64,000 nt of DNA from the human T2T-CHM13v2.0 reference genome, Homo sapiens: the NCBI RefSeq assembly GCF_009914755.1, contig NC_060930.1. One strand, written 5' to 3'. Below the pieces are notes generated by a model. The model saw only the letters and a program-made list of their open reading frames with translations, searched no databases and was not told where the DNA came from. Shown here in pieces: positions 1-12,139 of the stretch. Within the stretch, counting starts at the first letter, position 1; each line of letters opens with the position of its first letter. A program made the translations under genes and the position numbers.

Positions 1-119
1 AGCAATTAGACCACAAGAATCCTCCATTTTTCATGTTTATGTGACTACCTCTCTTTCTACCCTCCCTGATGATTTGCATTTTCTCTCTGGAAAGAGATTT
101 TTGTGTTAAAGGTACCATC

Positions 120-2270
120 CTCAGCTATACTGAAGATATTATACTAAACACAGGTGGATTAAGGAAAGTGAGACATCAAACAGTGAGAAGCCTCATACAC
201 CCTGTCAGATGAGTGGAAGATTTCTCTCTAAGGAAAAGAACAAACCCAGGAGAAAAGCCACACAAATTCTGATCCTCTAGGAAACCACACACACAAAAAA
301 AAGTCTCATTTGGATCACTCATCTTACAGGAAAGTCTACCAATGGGCAGCCCTACCCACATAATTGTACAAATCAGCTTCTCAGCACTATAATCTTAAAA
401 ATAAAGCGATAGCCAAGCTCATCAGCAATTTGGAGAAATTTAAAGTTGAACAAGTTTTAAAAAAACACATAAGGGCCAGGTGTGGTGGCTTATGCCTGTA
501 ATCCCAGCACTTTGGGAGGCCGAGTTGGGTGGATCACCTGAGGTCGGGAGTTCAAGACCAGCCTGACCAACATGGAGAAACCCCCTCTCTACTAAAAGTA
601 CAGAATTAGCCGGGTGTGGCGGCTCATGCCTGTAATCCCAGCTATTCTGGAGGCTGAGGCAGGAGAATAGCTTGAACGCGGGAGGTAGAGGGAGGTAGAG
701 GTTGCGGTGAGCCGAGATCATGCCATTGCACTCCAGAGTCTGGGCAACAAGAGAAAGACTCCATCTCAAAAAATAAATAAATAAAATAGGAAAAAAATTC
801 AAAGAAACAGGAGAAATTCCAAGGAAGAAAATAAAACTATTTTTAAAACTATAAGAATAACCTCAGAGAGATAATAGAAAATATTTCATTCATAAAACAA
901 AAACATAAGTATATCAAAGATAAACATTCAGAGAACACGAAAGAACTCTTAAAAATTAAAAATAAAACAATTTTTTAAAATGAATTATACAAATTAAAGA
1001 TAAGGAAATCTCACAAAGAAGAAAGAACAAACATAAGAAACTAGAGGATTAAGTTAAGAAATCAAACACGCAATTAATAGGAGTTCAAGAAACAAAGATG
1101 AAAGAAAACTTAATAAAGAAAATTATCCAAAAAAATTAACTTTACTGAATTGAGTACTATGCCTATCAAATTCCCAGTATAATGGATGAAATGGGATAAC
1201 ACTAAAATACATTTTCCTAAAATTTCATAGCAATGGGGACAAAAAGAAGCTTCTAAATACTTCCAGAGGGGAGGAAATGAGTTTACAAGACAAGGATACT
1301 GTTTCTCAATGACAATTGTAGAAGCTAATAAGCAATAGAGGAATACCTTCAAAAATCTAATTTCTAAAATTTCTTCCAATTTAAAATGTAATATATAACC
1401 TATCATCAAGTAGAAAAGGGGAGAACAAAATATTTTCAAATAATCAATTTGAAAAATGTACTTCCCATGCATCCTTTCTAAGGAATCTAGTGGAAGAACT
1501 GCTCCAACAAAAGGAAAGAGTAAAATAATAAAAAAATAAAACATGGGATGCAAGAATCAGGAGTTTCAACACAAGAGAGAAGATATGAGAGTCCCACATG
1601 ATAACAGATGGACATTGCTACATGGCATCCGTGTTGCAAGCCTCAATAGAAACCAGTCCAAACTGGAACAAGAGTAAACAAGATTCTGACAGAATATTTC
1701 TTAGAAAAAAAAGAAATGATCATCTGGATAATTGGTGGTATTTGTAGGGACCTTCAGTTCTACCATAGAATTTGAGGATGAAATGGTGGTACCCAGAAAA
1801 CCAAGCTGAGCATTTTTTATGTGGAAGGAAATTACTGACTTCTGGAAAAACAAAAGTGTTTTGTAGGATAGTAAATGTAACCCTAGTGTAATATGTGGCT
1901 CAGTTGTAAAAAAAAAAAAAAAAAAAAAAAAGTTTATATTGCCATAATACAGTAATGAATTTATTACATAATTCTACTGAGTATGAATTAATAAAAGTTG
2001 TGATACACCTATACAAGGGAGATGAGGTAGGGGAAGTGAATACACATATGTGGTGAAAAGAAAGAAAGCTAAATCCTTATCTTCCATAATAAGAAGTCAA
2101 ACCAAAAATTCAAATATAACAAAATAAGCATGTTGTCCTTGTAAATTATAGATTAAGGATACAGAAGAACAGGTGACAAACTAACTACTTGTACATTATA
2201 TGTTTTATAGAACTATTTGGCCTTTAGGCTCAGTACATAAATAGCTGTAATACAACTACAACTTTAATTC
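120..2270 (+). mobile_element. Ancient HAL1 / L1M-type LINE relic (ORF1-like, A-rich), interrupted by an Alu
   Basis: Very A-rich + strand with degenerate L1/HAL1-like blocks (ATAGGAGTTCAAGAA ~1077; AGAAGCTAATAAGCAATAGAGGAATACCTTCAAA ~1320; CCAGTCCAAACTGGAACAAG ~1653; AAAGCTAAATCCTTATCTTCCATA ~2066). Boundaries approximate. Confidence 0.6.
474..788 (+). mobile_element. Alu SINE, AluSp-like, full length
   Basis: GGCCAGGTGTGGTGGCT start, two arms, A-rich tail. Sp-type diagnostics GGTCGGGAG, CATGGAGAAACCCC, GGCAACAAGAG. Private 10-bp tandem duplication GGAGGTAGAG x2 at 681-700. Confidence 0.95.
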
Positions 2271-2803
2271 ACTTTAAAAACAAACAAACATATTTTTTCT
2301 TCAATTATTGGGAGACTACCTTATGAGATAACAAACATATATTGAAAGACAAGTGTTATGTCATGTTGGGAATGCAAAGATAATAAATCCTGAGTGACCC
2401 ATCTTTGCCCCTTAATAGTTGTTTGAAGTTGGGTACTTAGTCTAACCCTGCATGTGCCTCAGTTTCTGCATCAGAAAAGGAGGATAAGGCATGATAATAT
2501 AAACAAATTACTTCAAGCTATAAAAATAACAGAAGACACAGAATCATAACAACTTCAATGCAGTTTGATCCTTGTTCTTCTAAAATTATAAACCCAGTGA
2601 AGAAGGGCAAAGAGAAAGATCCACTTAAATCCATAGGGATTCAATGGTCCTCTATAAAAACAAGGCTTCCAGTGAATGTCAGGTTCCAGTTATAACAGAC
2701 CTGGACTAGATACATTTCCAAGTTCTCTTCCAACTCTCTAAGCCTATGAATATACTGTGAGGATATATCAGAGTAGATGTCAAAACAACCAGTTGCTTTA
2801 GAC

Positions 2804-3306
2804 CAGCCGTCCCCATCCTTTCTAGCATCAGGGACTGATTTCGTGAAAGACAACTTTTCCTTGGGGTGGTGGTGGTTTTGGGATGATTCGAGTGTATTAC
2901 ATTTATTGTGCACTTTATTTCTAATATTATTACATTGTAACATGTAATGAAATTACTATACAACTCACCATAATGTAGAATCAGTGGGAGCCCTGACCTT
3001 GTTTTCCTGCAACTAGATGGTCCCATCTGAGGTGATGGGAAACAATGAAAGATGATTAGGCATTAGATTCTCATAAGAAGAATGCACCCTAGATCCCTTG
3101 CATGCACAGTTCACAATAGGGTTTGTACTCCAATTAGAATCTAATGCTGTCGCTGATCTGACAGGAGATGGAACTCAGGCTGTAAGGTGAGTGATGGGGA
3201 GCAGCTGTAAATACAGATGAAGCTTTGCTCTCTTGCCTGCTGCTCACCTTCTGCTGGTGCAGCCTGGTTCTTAACCAGTCCATGGCCTGGGAGGTGTGGA
3301 CCCCTG
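2804..3306 (-). mobile_element. MER1A non-autonomous hAT-Charlie DNA transposon
   Basis: Terminal inverted repeats (CAGCCGTCCCCA...TGGACCCCTG), perfect 8-bp TSD CTTTAGAC at 2796-2803 and 3307-3314, internal palindrome GCATTAGATTCT...AGAATCTAATGC. Confidence 0.92.
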
Positions 3307-3799
3307 CTTTAGACAACTCATTGATTTTAAAAGTTATCAATTCTATTTTAGTAATATTGTTTACATCATTTCTTTTTTTTAAAAAAAGTATTTATTTTGA
3401 ACTTACTTCTGTGTAAAACACACAAACTGTGCTAGACCCTCAGACGAATTTCAAGAAAGACAAGACGTGGAGACTGCCTTTGAGAACTTTACTAAAAAGT
3501 AGAGTGTTTTTAAACTATTTATGGACAAGATTAATAAGTATGAGAGCTACCCTGTAATCATTTTGAAAATAACCTGGATTCTTAAATATTGATAACCAGA
3601 AAGTGAGAAGAATGGTTAAAAGAATTGTTGTGTTGATGTCTTGATTATAAAAAGTCTTCAATAAAGCTAATCCCAAATCACTGAAACAGCTGTCACATGG
3701 GAGAAGAAGTAAACACATTTCGCATGTGTGGTAGAGCACCAAACAAGGAGCAATGGGCTGGCAGTAGGAGAGGGGGAGAATACAGGAGAGGAACTTGGC

Positions 3800-3990
3800 T
3801 CATAATAAGAAAGAATGCATACGTACAAAATTGGCTGCCCTGTGAAGAAATGAAGACCACCTTACTGAAAGGATTAAATAGAGCCCAAATAACATTTTCC
3901 AAAATGTTATAGAGGGAATTCTTGCTTAGGGTGTGGAGTTGCAGACTAAGTGAACTAAAAATTTCCTACCTTCTCTAGAATTCCATTTAT
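3800..3990 (+). mobile_element. CR1/L3 3' end fragment
   Basis: Degenerate GGCTGCCCTGTGAAG...ACTAAGTGAACT...CCTTCTCTAGAATTCCAT resembling the L3/MIR3 tail. Confidence 0.4.
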
Positions 3991-6900
3991 GTTAGAGATC
4001 ATAAGTACAGCCAAAATTCAAAGAGAAGGAGAATTCCATCAAATGGTCAACTCAACAAAAAGAAAACAATCATGCCAGTTATAGTCACACTATAAGGGAA
4101 TAAAAAAGAGGAAAGGAATCAAACAAGCATACAGCACATATGCAAACCATTAGGATATTTCCTTTTACATCTAATTGTTTCAGGATTGTACCAATGCATC
4201 CATATTAAATTATAATGTTAATAGGTTGTCCTTTTACCTAGAGTAAAATAGCCAAGAAAAGATGTGTTATCTAAAACTATTAAACTGGAATGCTAGTTAA
4301 AGATATTGAACCGTAGAAAGATGAGCCACCTACAGAATCAATAACAACATTTTAGTTAGGACCTTGAGGGTGTTTGCCAGCCTTATTGACTGTGGCCAGT
4401 TCCATTCTGTTTAACCTATGACAGCTGATGAAACTAGACCCTGGGGTGGAATTACTGCCCAATTCATCAGTGATGATTATTGAGCTGTTACCAGCGAGAT
4501 CTTGGAAAAATCTTAATGCCAAGCTATTCAGATGAGGGAATTGGTAAATATATTTCTTTTACATCTTCTAAACTTGTGCTCTCTCCTGAGCAACTCTATA
4601 ATATCTAACCCTAAAAATAGTGCACAAAGATGGGGAACATTAAATTGAAATTACTTTATAGCCCTAAAAATGGTCATGACATTTAGCCAATAAATTTGAA
4701 GAGCTGTTAAGTGGAGGGAATTTCATAATGCAGATCTTATCCAGTTATGATGTATAGTATGTATCCATGGGGAAAGTGACCTTAATCAACAGAAATATTT
4801 GTGAAATAACCATTTAAAAATGAATTTAGAATAGTAAAACTGGTAAATCATAGTATTAAATGAATGTTCAAGAAAGAATAACTTTTCATCTACAGTGAGA
4901 GTAGGTAGTGGTAATATTAAAATGAAATATGCCACAGTTAATAGTAGTATATTTGAGGATGAAACCTGGATGAAATATCGGACGACAGTTGCTGTTAATG
5001 AGACTTGCATAATACGATTGAACTCATGTTTGGAATTGATGGTGCCTTTGATTGTTGTTAAGGCAGCCAAAGTCTTCTGCGTGCCTAGCTTTCACAATAT
5101 TTTAGCATCTTGATTAGTTCCTATTCCTAAACCAAGGGTCCTATGGGTAATTTATTTACAGCATGATCTATTTACTCACTGTTACAGGCGAAACATGGCA
5201 GTACCAAAACTCTTTCTTTGCAATAAACAGCATATTCAGATAGAATAAGGTTTAAAATGACAGAAACTCTTTCATTTGCCCTTTTGCACTCACTGTACTT
5301 ACAAGTATCACCAAAGTTACTTTAAATTCAACAGACCACAAAACGTTCTTTTTTAGAAACTTTGGTTCTCAAAAAATTTTAAGAATCTTATTTATCAAAA
5401 GAATTAAATTAGCATTTGGTTAATAAGCTGCTCTTGTCTTTTTATGTAAAGAAGATGTAGCAAGATTTTTATTGTCTATGAAGAAAACATATTCCACTCT
5501 CCCTGCCTGCTTTTACCACTGAACTAGAAATAAGCATGTAATTTTTAATAATTTTCTCTATTTATATGTGAACATATAAATGGTTCTTTTTTATTGATAA
5601 TTTGACTATAATGATATCATATGATTACCAACTGGTTTCTTTGGCAGTATTATAATTATTTTTCTAACACAAAAAATTTGTTTTGTCAAAGAAAGAAATT
5701 ATCCAAATAAGCCCAAAAAAATCTAAACTCTGAATTTTAAAAAGCTGTGGGGAAACAGCTCTTATTTATATTTTTAAACATTTATTTATAATATCAAATA
5801 AAGCATATAATTGAACTATATTAAGTGAAAGAAATAAAGTAAAAATAGATATCTGAGATAATGGATTTTTCATAACATTCAGGAATCTGAAGTTATAGAC
5901 AGCTTCAGCATTTTACAAGTAGAAGCTACTTTTAATACTGCTCAGTCTTTAGTCTTTTGTTATGGGCTCATTTTTCTCACTGTGGAAAAACAAACCATAA
6001 TTGTAGAAAAACTGCAGGAGCCAAATTCTTGGTAATTATAGTGTAAGTACACACACTAGTCTCTCAAAGATGACAAGCACTATTTGTGGTAGTTGCTCAG
6101 TGATGGTAAACAAGAAAGAGCATCTGACAATCTTATATTTTGAAGTTTACATCACAAGTTGAAAGCATATATAATCAAGAGAAAAGCACAGGGATTCAAT
6201 AGTTCTCACAAAAGAAAAATGTTTTTATATCGTGAAAAGAATCCTTTTTCTGAAAGTGCTGTTACAGTTTTTCCCAGATATTTTCTTGTTTTATGGCTTA
6301 CTCCTTTTCAAAAATAAAACCTAACAAAGAAGAAAAACAGTTTAGACTCAAAGATGACATTTACCTTATATTAAAATGCTCTTTTCACAGAGATTGCAGA
6401 CAGCTTTCATAGCATTTCAATCAATATGAAAACTAAATCAAACGTTTTTGAGTTGAAGTCAAAAGATTCAGTTTAGTGACACAAATAAAACAATGAACTC
6501 AAACTCTATGGAAGTGAGAGTATTTACTAATAGGAACATGTCCCATTCCATTATATGTTTTATGTATAATTTGCGCCATGGAGCACATGACCAAACCATT
6601 TCTATTTGTTCATTTATCTAAGTAATCCACAAGACATGAAAAATCAAGATGAGACAAACTGGTCATTGTTCTAACTTTTCAAATAGATAAGAAAGTTTGC
6701 AATCCTAAACCATGGAGGGAAGATCTGTAAGAGAAAGAATTTATCCTGAGAGGCAGTGGAGAAGTTTGTTGCTTCCGTTTTTTATCTATGCTGCAAAGGG
6801 CATATAAAATAAAGACGTGGGAGCTTTTTTACCACCTAGTAAACGAATCATGAGTCATTGCAGAAAGCTAGATTCTTACAGAATCAGAATGACCATGTGT

Positions 6901-7289
6901 CTTTGCATTAAATGAGGTTGACAAAGTCTTGAACATTGGAAATAAACAGAAAATATTATCTTTATTCACGCAAAGCTGCGATTCATCTATATCTCAACAG
7001 TTTTGTTAGTTCTTAATGCCGCTATGAAAAAAGTACATGGTGAAACTAGAAACTACCTACCAGAAAGAAGAGAAGTGAGGCAGAGAATGGAAAACAGAAA
7101 GTGGGGTTAAATCATGGGGTAGATGAAAAAAATGGGAATTTTGCTCACCCTCATGTCTGTAGAACTTTCTGAAAATGAAACGTTTCTGTCCTATCAGCCA
7201 CATCTGCTCAGAGATTTACGCTTTTTTTCCCTCATTCCCTCTAGAAGAAAAGTGAGATTTAGGTGATCTAAGGGTTATCAGGTGTCTCT

Positions 7290-8770
7290 AGTTCCACACG
7301 AAGACACCAATCTCTCCTGGCCCTGCCTCCATTCTTCCATCAGCTTTTCTTCCTACAGTTTAATTGCTGATTTTCTTAGGTCTTGCTCTTCATTCTCCTT
7401 TCTTCTGACTTCAGTGCTCTCTATGGACAATCTCATCAATATCTATGGCTTCCAGTGGCATCTGTGTAGAAATACTAACCACTCCCAGATCTGCATCTGC
7501 TTCTCACAAGCCACTTCTGAGTTCCCAGCCAATACCTGCAACTGCCTACTACACATCTTAACCTGAGAACGCAAGTCAAGCACATCAAGTCCAATAAATA
7601 TAATACTAAAATAATAAATTTTCCTCCCCAGCCAGCTCCTTTTTCTGTATTCTCTATCTCAAATGGTTGTAGCACCATATACCAAATCTCCAATGAGTGC
7701 CTATCACTCACATCTAATCAGAAATAATAATACATGGCAGACATCCTTCTAAATATTTTCCACACATTTGCATTTAATCCTCACAGCAACCCAATGAGGT
7801 AGGTTCTGTTATTACCCCCATTTGACAGATTAAGATACTGAAAACCAGAGAGGTTAAGCAACTGGACCAAGGTCACCTACTAACAAGTGGCAGAATCAAT
7901 TTTTAAACCTAGCCTGTCTGACTCTATCATATGACACCTTTATAAAGCTTATCAGTTCTAACTCTGAAATATCTCTTGATTCCTTCTTCCATTCCCTCAT
8001 CAACATTTTTATACCATCACTTCCTATCTAGACTACTGCAGGAATTTTCTAAATGGTTTATTTGCCTCAAATTTACCTCAAACCCATTTGTCTCACTACA
8101 CCTTCTAAAATAGGCATCTGAAAGCATTACCCCCTTGCTGTAAAACTATCAATACTCCTCTTAACCCATAACAGTGTTTCCCACAAATTTTAAGTTTTGG
8201 CTTTGGTTTGTTTGGGGGTGTTGCTTTTTGTTTTTGCAGAAATCAGGGCCATTACATATTAGGTTTCTAATTTACTAAATTTTTGCTGGTGCTTCACACC
8301 AGACTCATCATATATTTTTTATCTCCTTAGGCTCTTTCACCTGCCTTAAAAAGCCTTTCTCTCACTTGTGCTTGGCTAATTCCTAATTATCCTAAGTTTG
8401 GGGAACTGAACAAAAAAGTCTTCCCAGACCCTACAGGCTGGGTAGATGCCACTCCTCTGTTCTCCCATACATATCCATAGCACCTTCCCTGCTTGATTAT
8501 CACAGTAGCTGAGAGAATGGACTGCAGAATTGGTCACACTGCGTTTGACTCCTGGCCGTATTACCTACCAGCTTGGTGGCATTAGGCACTCAAAAACTTT
8601 GCCACTATCATTACCACCCTCATCCCACTACACCAGATTTATCTCCTACTTCATCTATCTTCCTTGCCAGACTATGAACCAAAATACAGGGACATCTTCT
8701 ATATCTTGCCATCCCAGCTTTTAGCACAATGCCTAGCCCATAGGAGATGCTCAAATAATGTTAAACTAAA
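7290..8770 (+). mobile_element. L2 LINE fragments (interrupted by a MIR)
   Basis: ACTCCCAGATCTGCATC...CTGCCTACTACACATC, CTAGACTACTGCAG and tail TAGCACAATGCCTAGCCCATAGGAGATGCTCAAATAATG. Confidence 0.65.
7722..7925 (-). mobile_element. MIR SINE
   Basis: Reverse complement of MIR core: AATCCTCACAGCAACCCAATGAGGTAGG...CCCATTTGACAGAT...AGAGAGGTTAAGCAACT...CAAGGTCAC. Confidence 0.85.
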
Positions 8771-9957
8771 CTAAAAATAAAACACAAAGTCCTGCTTTAT
8801 AAGCAGAATAATAAATATTATATATGTAACTTTTGCTGTAAGTTATTGAAGTAATTTATAAAAGTGTTTGAATAGATCTGTGTGTGTCAGACATAAGAGA
8901 CTACAAAAAGGTCATGGGATTGGCTTCATCTTTTCCAGTGCCATTGGAGAAAGCATATCAAACCCTCCTCCTTAGCTGACAATAGAATATAAGACACCTG
9001 AGTATGCAGTGATTTCTGTGCTCTGTTTGATGGTTCATTAATAACCCAGAAAGAAGCAATCAGACCGAAAAATAAATTTAGAAATGCCATAGAATAATTT
9101 GGTCTTTCCTTTGCAAGAGAACTGGTTGTCTTGACTTTTACCTTGTATTTTGTGTCATACTGTTCTTCTGCAACAGGGAATGTAACAACCTCCCATTCAG
9201 GGCTATTTTTCTCTTATGCATCATCTTTTTTGTAGTGAACCTCTCAGATGGGTTTGGTTGTATGTTAATATTACGATAGCAAACTGAGTTGGTATTTATC
9301 TTCCATATCAGTCAGTTTGAAACGAGAGATTCAGAAATACAATTATATTGCAATGAATTATACTATATCACATTATCACATTATTTTTACATAATTGGTT
9401 TAATTCAGTTTCAGAGAAAATATTTTAAATTTATCAATATAAAGCTTTTTCTCACAATTCTTAATAATTACATAATTTTTAATCAAATAAATATTGGTTT
9501 GAATTTGATACAAATGTTCTAAATCCAACCCTGAAACATAATACTAGCCATCCTGTCTGGGTCCGAAGTCCTAAAAGCAATCAGGCTTGAAAAAATTCTG
9601 TCAGCATGTCTACTGAAATTTAGGAAGCTCTTTTTCTCTCTTACTTCAAGCATGATGGCTGGATTTTTCCAAATTATTTTGTTGTGAAGGAAGGCTGCCA
9701 GGTATCTAAATATGAAAATGCTCTGTTTTCTCTTAGTATAATTGCGCAGAGGATAGCAGAAGGCTGTAACCAAGCAGCCCTTGGCTCTTAGCACACAGAA
9801 ACAAAAGGGCCATTTTTAGGCTACCATTATCCAGGATGAATCATCCCCAATCACTTTGCACATTTGTGTTGTGTGTCCCCACAGAAGATATAAATTCCCA
9901 GGAAAGAAACTGGTTGGCCCAGTTTGAGTCATGAGCCTTCTCTTTGACCAGGGAAAA

Positions 9958-9984
9958 TCTCTCTCTCTCTCTCTCTCTCTCTGC

Positions 9985-10029
<45 letters not shown>

Positions 10030-10068
10030 AAGGAGTGTGCATGTGCGCGTGTGTGTGTGTGTGTGTGT
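9958..10068. repeat. Compound microsatellite (TC)12-(GT)19 ... (GT)10
   Basis: Read directly from the sequence. Confidence 0.97.
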
Positions 10069-11439
10069 ATCACTCCACTCATGCCATAGAAATGTAACTC
10101 AGGCTGCACCAAAAGGACTCAAGTTCAAAACTGTTTTCAGAGCTTTTGGAGAAAAAGTCTTCTTTCCGCTGAGATCACCAAGCTGGTAGGATATAAACCA
10201 GGAGCTACTGGTGGCCATTTGCCATTTGGCCATCTCTTGGGAAGAAGCTTTCCTTCCTGAGAATAAAACCAAAACAAAGAGGCTGAGAGAGAAAGTTTCC
10301 ATTGTGAAAGTCTGAGAGTTGGATCTTTTTTCTCTCAAATAAAACAGTGATCTCTTCGGGCCTAAGCACCTGGCCTCTCCTGGAAAAGCCAGGGTTCTCT
10401 CAAGGAAAAAACTTTCAATCTCTCCGAAACATTGGCAAGTGAGATTTTACTCTAAAATCCTCTGTACAAAATATTTTGAGAACCTGTCATCAGCTAACAC
10501 CTTAATCACAAAAGAACCTCAGTGAGGCCCCACTTTAATAACCTGTTTCCTGATGAATCATGCACATATTAGCCTTAAAATATATACTGGCACCAAGTAG
10601 GTAATGGCAAATATTTGATTAATATAATGTTTTTCCCATAGAATGAAAGTTCAGAGAGGACTATAAATCAGAATGGCAAAGGTAGGTGAATGATATTTTG
10701 GGAATTGGGCAAGGGTGAAGGGTTGAACTTCTAAAAAAAAAAAAAAACTCACCATGAAAGTCACCACTATCAACTATGGCTACTAGGAAGTTTGCACAAG
10801 TTTCTTAATAAATTACCTACTAAAAATGCCCCAGAAAAATAGATTCTAAACACATATGGGGTCATAAATGATAAAAGAAAGGAGAAAAAGAGAAGATATG
10901 TAGGAAGTGATTAAGCCCTTGACAAATGAAATAACTTATAATAACCTTATGAAGTATTTTAAAAACCTAAATAATTAAGGCAGAAAACAAACTGGTGTAA
11001 AACGAAATGGTATTTTGGAGGATACTGTAAATCACTCTTGGCTGACACTAACATTTCTTCATCTCAGCATGAGGCTCGTGTAGTGAGATATTGATGCCGA
11101 AGCCTCTGCACATACCACTCCATCAAAAAAGATTATTGTGTTTAAATTTTTATCTGTGATGTGTTTATTATTGGCCATGAGAGCTGAGGGCAGAAAAGGT
11201 TTTGAGACGGGATAAAACATTCCCATCTCCCTTGTGATGGTATGGTACCTTTGGCAGCTCAATTCAAAGGAGGAAGACATTCTGCACTGAGAGAGCTGAG
11301 TGTAGCATCAGAACCCAGCGGGTGGCATGCGGGTTCCTTCTGCCCCCTTTTTAGGGATCTGTCTTCTTTCCCTTCTTGGTTTCTTTGCTATTCTTTTCTC
11401 ATCTCTTCTCCTACACTGCTTCAAAAGCACAAACGTGTT

Positions 11440-11525
11440 GGGGACATATCCAAGATTACACAGGTGATAAACAGAAGAGCCAGAATTCAAACCTAGGCTG
11501 ATTCCAAAGTCTCTGCTCTTTCCAC
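11440..11525 (-). mobile_element. MIR fragment
   Basis: CCAAGATTACACAG...AGAGCCAGAATTCAAACCTAGGCTGATTCCAAAGTCTCTGCTCTT. Confidence 0.65.
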
Positions 11526-11824
11526 AAAGTACAAGCTTATGTCACAAATTTTGAAAAAAAAAAAAAAAAAGAAAAATATTAAGAAGCCATTACAACTGAT
11601 GATGTTCTTCTCACACCAAAAATGGGGAAAATCAGCTTACATTAAAATACATATAATTGCATTTTTGTATTGCATGCATAGAAACATCTTGGGAGAAAAT
11701 ATAATAAATGTTTAATAATGATTATCTCTGAATAATTGTAGGTGATTTGTATTTGCTAATTATTTTCACATAAACATTCCTTACATTTATAAATTTATAA
11801 AAAGATATTATATTCATTCATCTA

Positions 11825-12139
<315 letters not shown>

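Noticed and set aside
440-802. 120-aa ORF and similar ORFs at 11822, 31855 and 57517
   Set aside because: Typical antisense Alu translations.
1110-1553. 147-aa hydrophobic minus-strand ORF (membrane protein?)
   Set aside because: It is the antisense of A-rich HAL1/L1 sequence; T-richness explains the F/L/I bias.
1908-1931. Pure poly(A) run as a tail-only retrotransposon insertion
   Set aside because: No convincing TSD; slippage within A-rich HAL1 is sufficient.
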